Assembly: GCA_030704615.1 (NCBI GenBank)
Contig: CM060731.1
Coordinates: 37,262,001-37,326,000 of the forward strand
Reading direction: 5' to 3'
Source of the DNA: Takakia lepidozioides
Taxonomy: Eukaryota; Plantae; Bryophyta
DNA length: 64,000 nucleotides
Made by a program: the position numbers and the translations under genes. The notes under the pieces were generated by a model, which saw only the letters and a program-made list of their open reading frames with translations, did no database searches and was not told the origin of the DNA. Below are positions 62,006-64,000 of the stretch, piece by piece (the first letter of the stretch is position 1; the number at the start of each line of letters is the position of its first letter).

Positions 62006-62964
62006 TCTGCATGACTCCAAACTTTTAGTTACAAATCTATGGACTCAAACCTGTATAAATATGTCTTAAATCTCATAGGTAACTTTAGCTACATATTTCA
62101 AGAAGATCACTTGATGAGGACAGGCTGCTTGATACATATTAACGAGGTTGAAAAACTATTGGAGTCATCTTCTTTGAGAATAAACTGCACCTAATTATTT
62201 GTATGACCTGGAACACTTGAATCATTAAAACCGTAGTATTCTTGACCTGGAGCTCCATGGTGTACCTCAACATTAGAGCCATCAGCAGATTGTGCTTGAG
62301 CTTGCACAATGGCAGCAAGCTTTGCTATCACCCAAGTGTGGCATTGCTGGCAAGGAAGAAGACCGACGAATCTCACAACACTCCTAAGAGTTTAGAAGGC
62401 ACGACACACTCTCTCGCACTTTTTTCTCAATAGATTCTTACACACAAGCTGCAAGCTTTCGACCACAAAATAACATGATTTGATTCTTGTCTTTTAAGAC
62501 CCTTTGTACCCAAATTCAGTTGTAAATTTAAGACCCTTTGAAGTTGCAACTTTGCATCAACACACTTCAAATTGAAGTAATTAATCAAATCGAATCACTG
62601 ACCTGGAATGACTGCTGCAGCATCCAGAATCCCCCCGAAAACTCGTTCCCGTGACCAAGGACCCTGGTAGATACGACATCGATCGCCCCTACGAATGACC
62701 CAAAAATAACCACACCTCAGCAAATATCCGCTCAAATCCAGAGCACGCTTCTATTCCAACCCCCTTCCACCTTACGATCACCTGTAAACAGCAGTGGACA
62801 TACCAGCACATAATGTATCAATGGAGGCCGCCTCCTGCTCCTCGATCAAGCACAAACACCTCCAACCCACATAGCAAGATGCATCATCGCATCCCCAGAT
62901 TCGGAATGCCAAGCTTCCCGCGCGATCAAACATCAAAAAGTTAGCCCCCCTCGAAACTAACTTA

Positions 62965-63142
62965 AGGGCCGCTTTACACTAGGGCCCAAGACCAAGTGAG
63001 AATGGAGCGTTCCCATTGGCGGAGGCCTGAAAATTGGGCCCAACGGCTTTACACTACGTCTCAAGACCAAGAAAATGGAAGCGGATCATTTGCCTTGTGA
63101 TGGCTCATGTTCTCCCGGCCTGACTTTCAGCAAATTCATCAC
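62965..63142 (+). mobile_element. Possible PIF/Harbinger-type terminal region
   Basis: TTA|AGGGCCGCTTTACACTA start, with an internal repeat of GCTTTACACTA...CAAGACCAAG; the other end is not in the window. Confidence 0.35.
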
Positions 63143-64000
63143 TGTCTGACAGCTTCATCCCATGCCATTAGTATTTATGGCGGGAGACCGTTATATACAA
63201 CTTGACCTATACTTGTTTGAGGTTATCCTAGAGCTTGGTGGCTGCATCTGGCCCCTTCATTGGTCTACAGGCCAGATCTGTTTGTAATCTAGGCAACCCG
63301 TGGCATGCTGCCACGTGGGGTATTGCCTCACCCTAGGTTTTGGGTATAAGCTTGTTCCTGACCTTGAGACAGGGCCCTTCTTTTCGTATGTACAACTTGG
63401 TGTACGGGCTTCTGGACGTGCTCTGTGAGCTTTGGATGTGTGTGTGTTAGCTCTGCATATGCTGTACGTGGGATCTTCTACATGTTCATCTCTCTTCTCG
63501 TGCTCTAAAGCCCGTTCCTTCCGAGCTCTTACACCCCTAGTTTAACGTGCACTTATGAGGACAGAAGAATCTCATTCAAACACAAAATATGGTGGAGACG
63601 CCGGGTAGTGGCGGCTCCGCACGTACAGTGATTTTGCGCGGTTACCTCGGGTTCAATCTGGTTTTGGAAGAAGTTTTTGGTTCAAGAGGAAGTTGCGATG
63701 GCGGCGGCAGCTTCACTCTTCGCGTTGTGCACTTGCATTTGTTTGTCTTGCTTGTTTGTTGTGTGTTGCAATGGCGTCTGCAGTTCTCTATAACTTATCA
63801 AGCGAGAGAGATGACATCGACTCGATTTTGGTTAAGATAGAACTGAGAGTGGAGGTTGCAAACTCTGACGTGGTGGGTTCCAGCCAGTTAGTTTAAGGCG
63901 TTCCTGTATCCGCTCCCAGTTTGCAGGTGGTGGATGGTCATCCAGTCTTGGAAATGCCTGCAGCTCCTGCCGTGCGTGTTCCACTGTTGAATCTAGTGGT
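63143..64000 (+). mobile_element. 5' LTR, PBS and start of another gypsy-type element (runs off the window)
   Basis: Blocks resembling the 5' LTR at 23912-24353 (GCTTGGTGGCTGCATCTGGCCCCTTCAT), followed by a tRNA-Ala-like PBS TGGTGGAGACGCCGGG at 63590-63605. Confidence 0.6.

Noticed and set aside
63589-63840. ORF MVETPGSGG... as a gene start
   Set aside because: The apparent ATG overlaps a PBS (TGGTGGAGACGCCGGG) and no protein motif is recognisable.

Overview
Eukaryotic, intron-containing, TE-rich DNA from a non-seed land plant (bryophyte-like; inferred from gene content). Host genes: an organellar-type DEDDh exonuclease (DPD1-like) spliced in frame to a MutS domain I (minus strand, probably continuing off the left edge); TOM40 and RPA43 arranged head-to-head with a Ty3/gypsy element between them; and a PLS-class PPR gene next to a tandem array of OSB/PDF-motif and PPR fragments. 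Two features stand out. (1) A decayed, rearranged Mutator-like DNA transposon (about 29.6-49.3 kb) inserted into a LINE. It encodes a GCM/WRKY-like + DDE + SWIM transposase and, divergently, a spliced cargo gene with a ParB/Srx-like domain and a C-terminal beta-class amino-(N6A/N4C) DNA-methyltransferase-like domain. About 14 copies of a 24-bp palindrome lie in the cargo gene's introns. (2) A gypsy element whose 3' terminal 10 bp are missing from its 5' LTR but occur between the PPT and the 3' LTR, which is what integration from a 2-LTR circle would produce. Two well-supported and one probable short inversion scramble TE genes. All domain calls are motif recognition by eye, not database searches.
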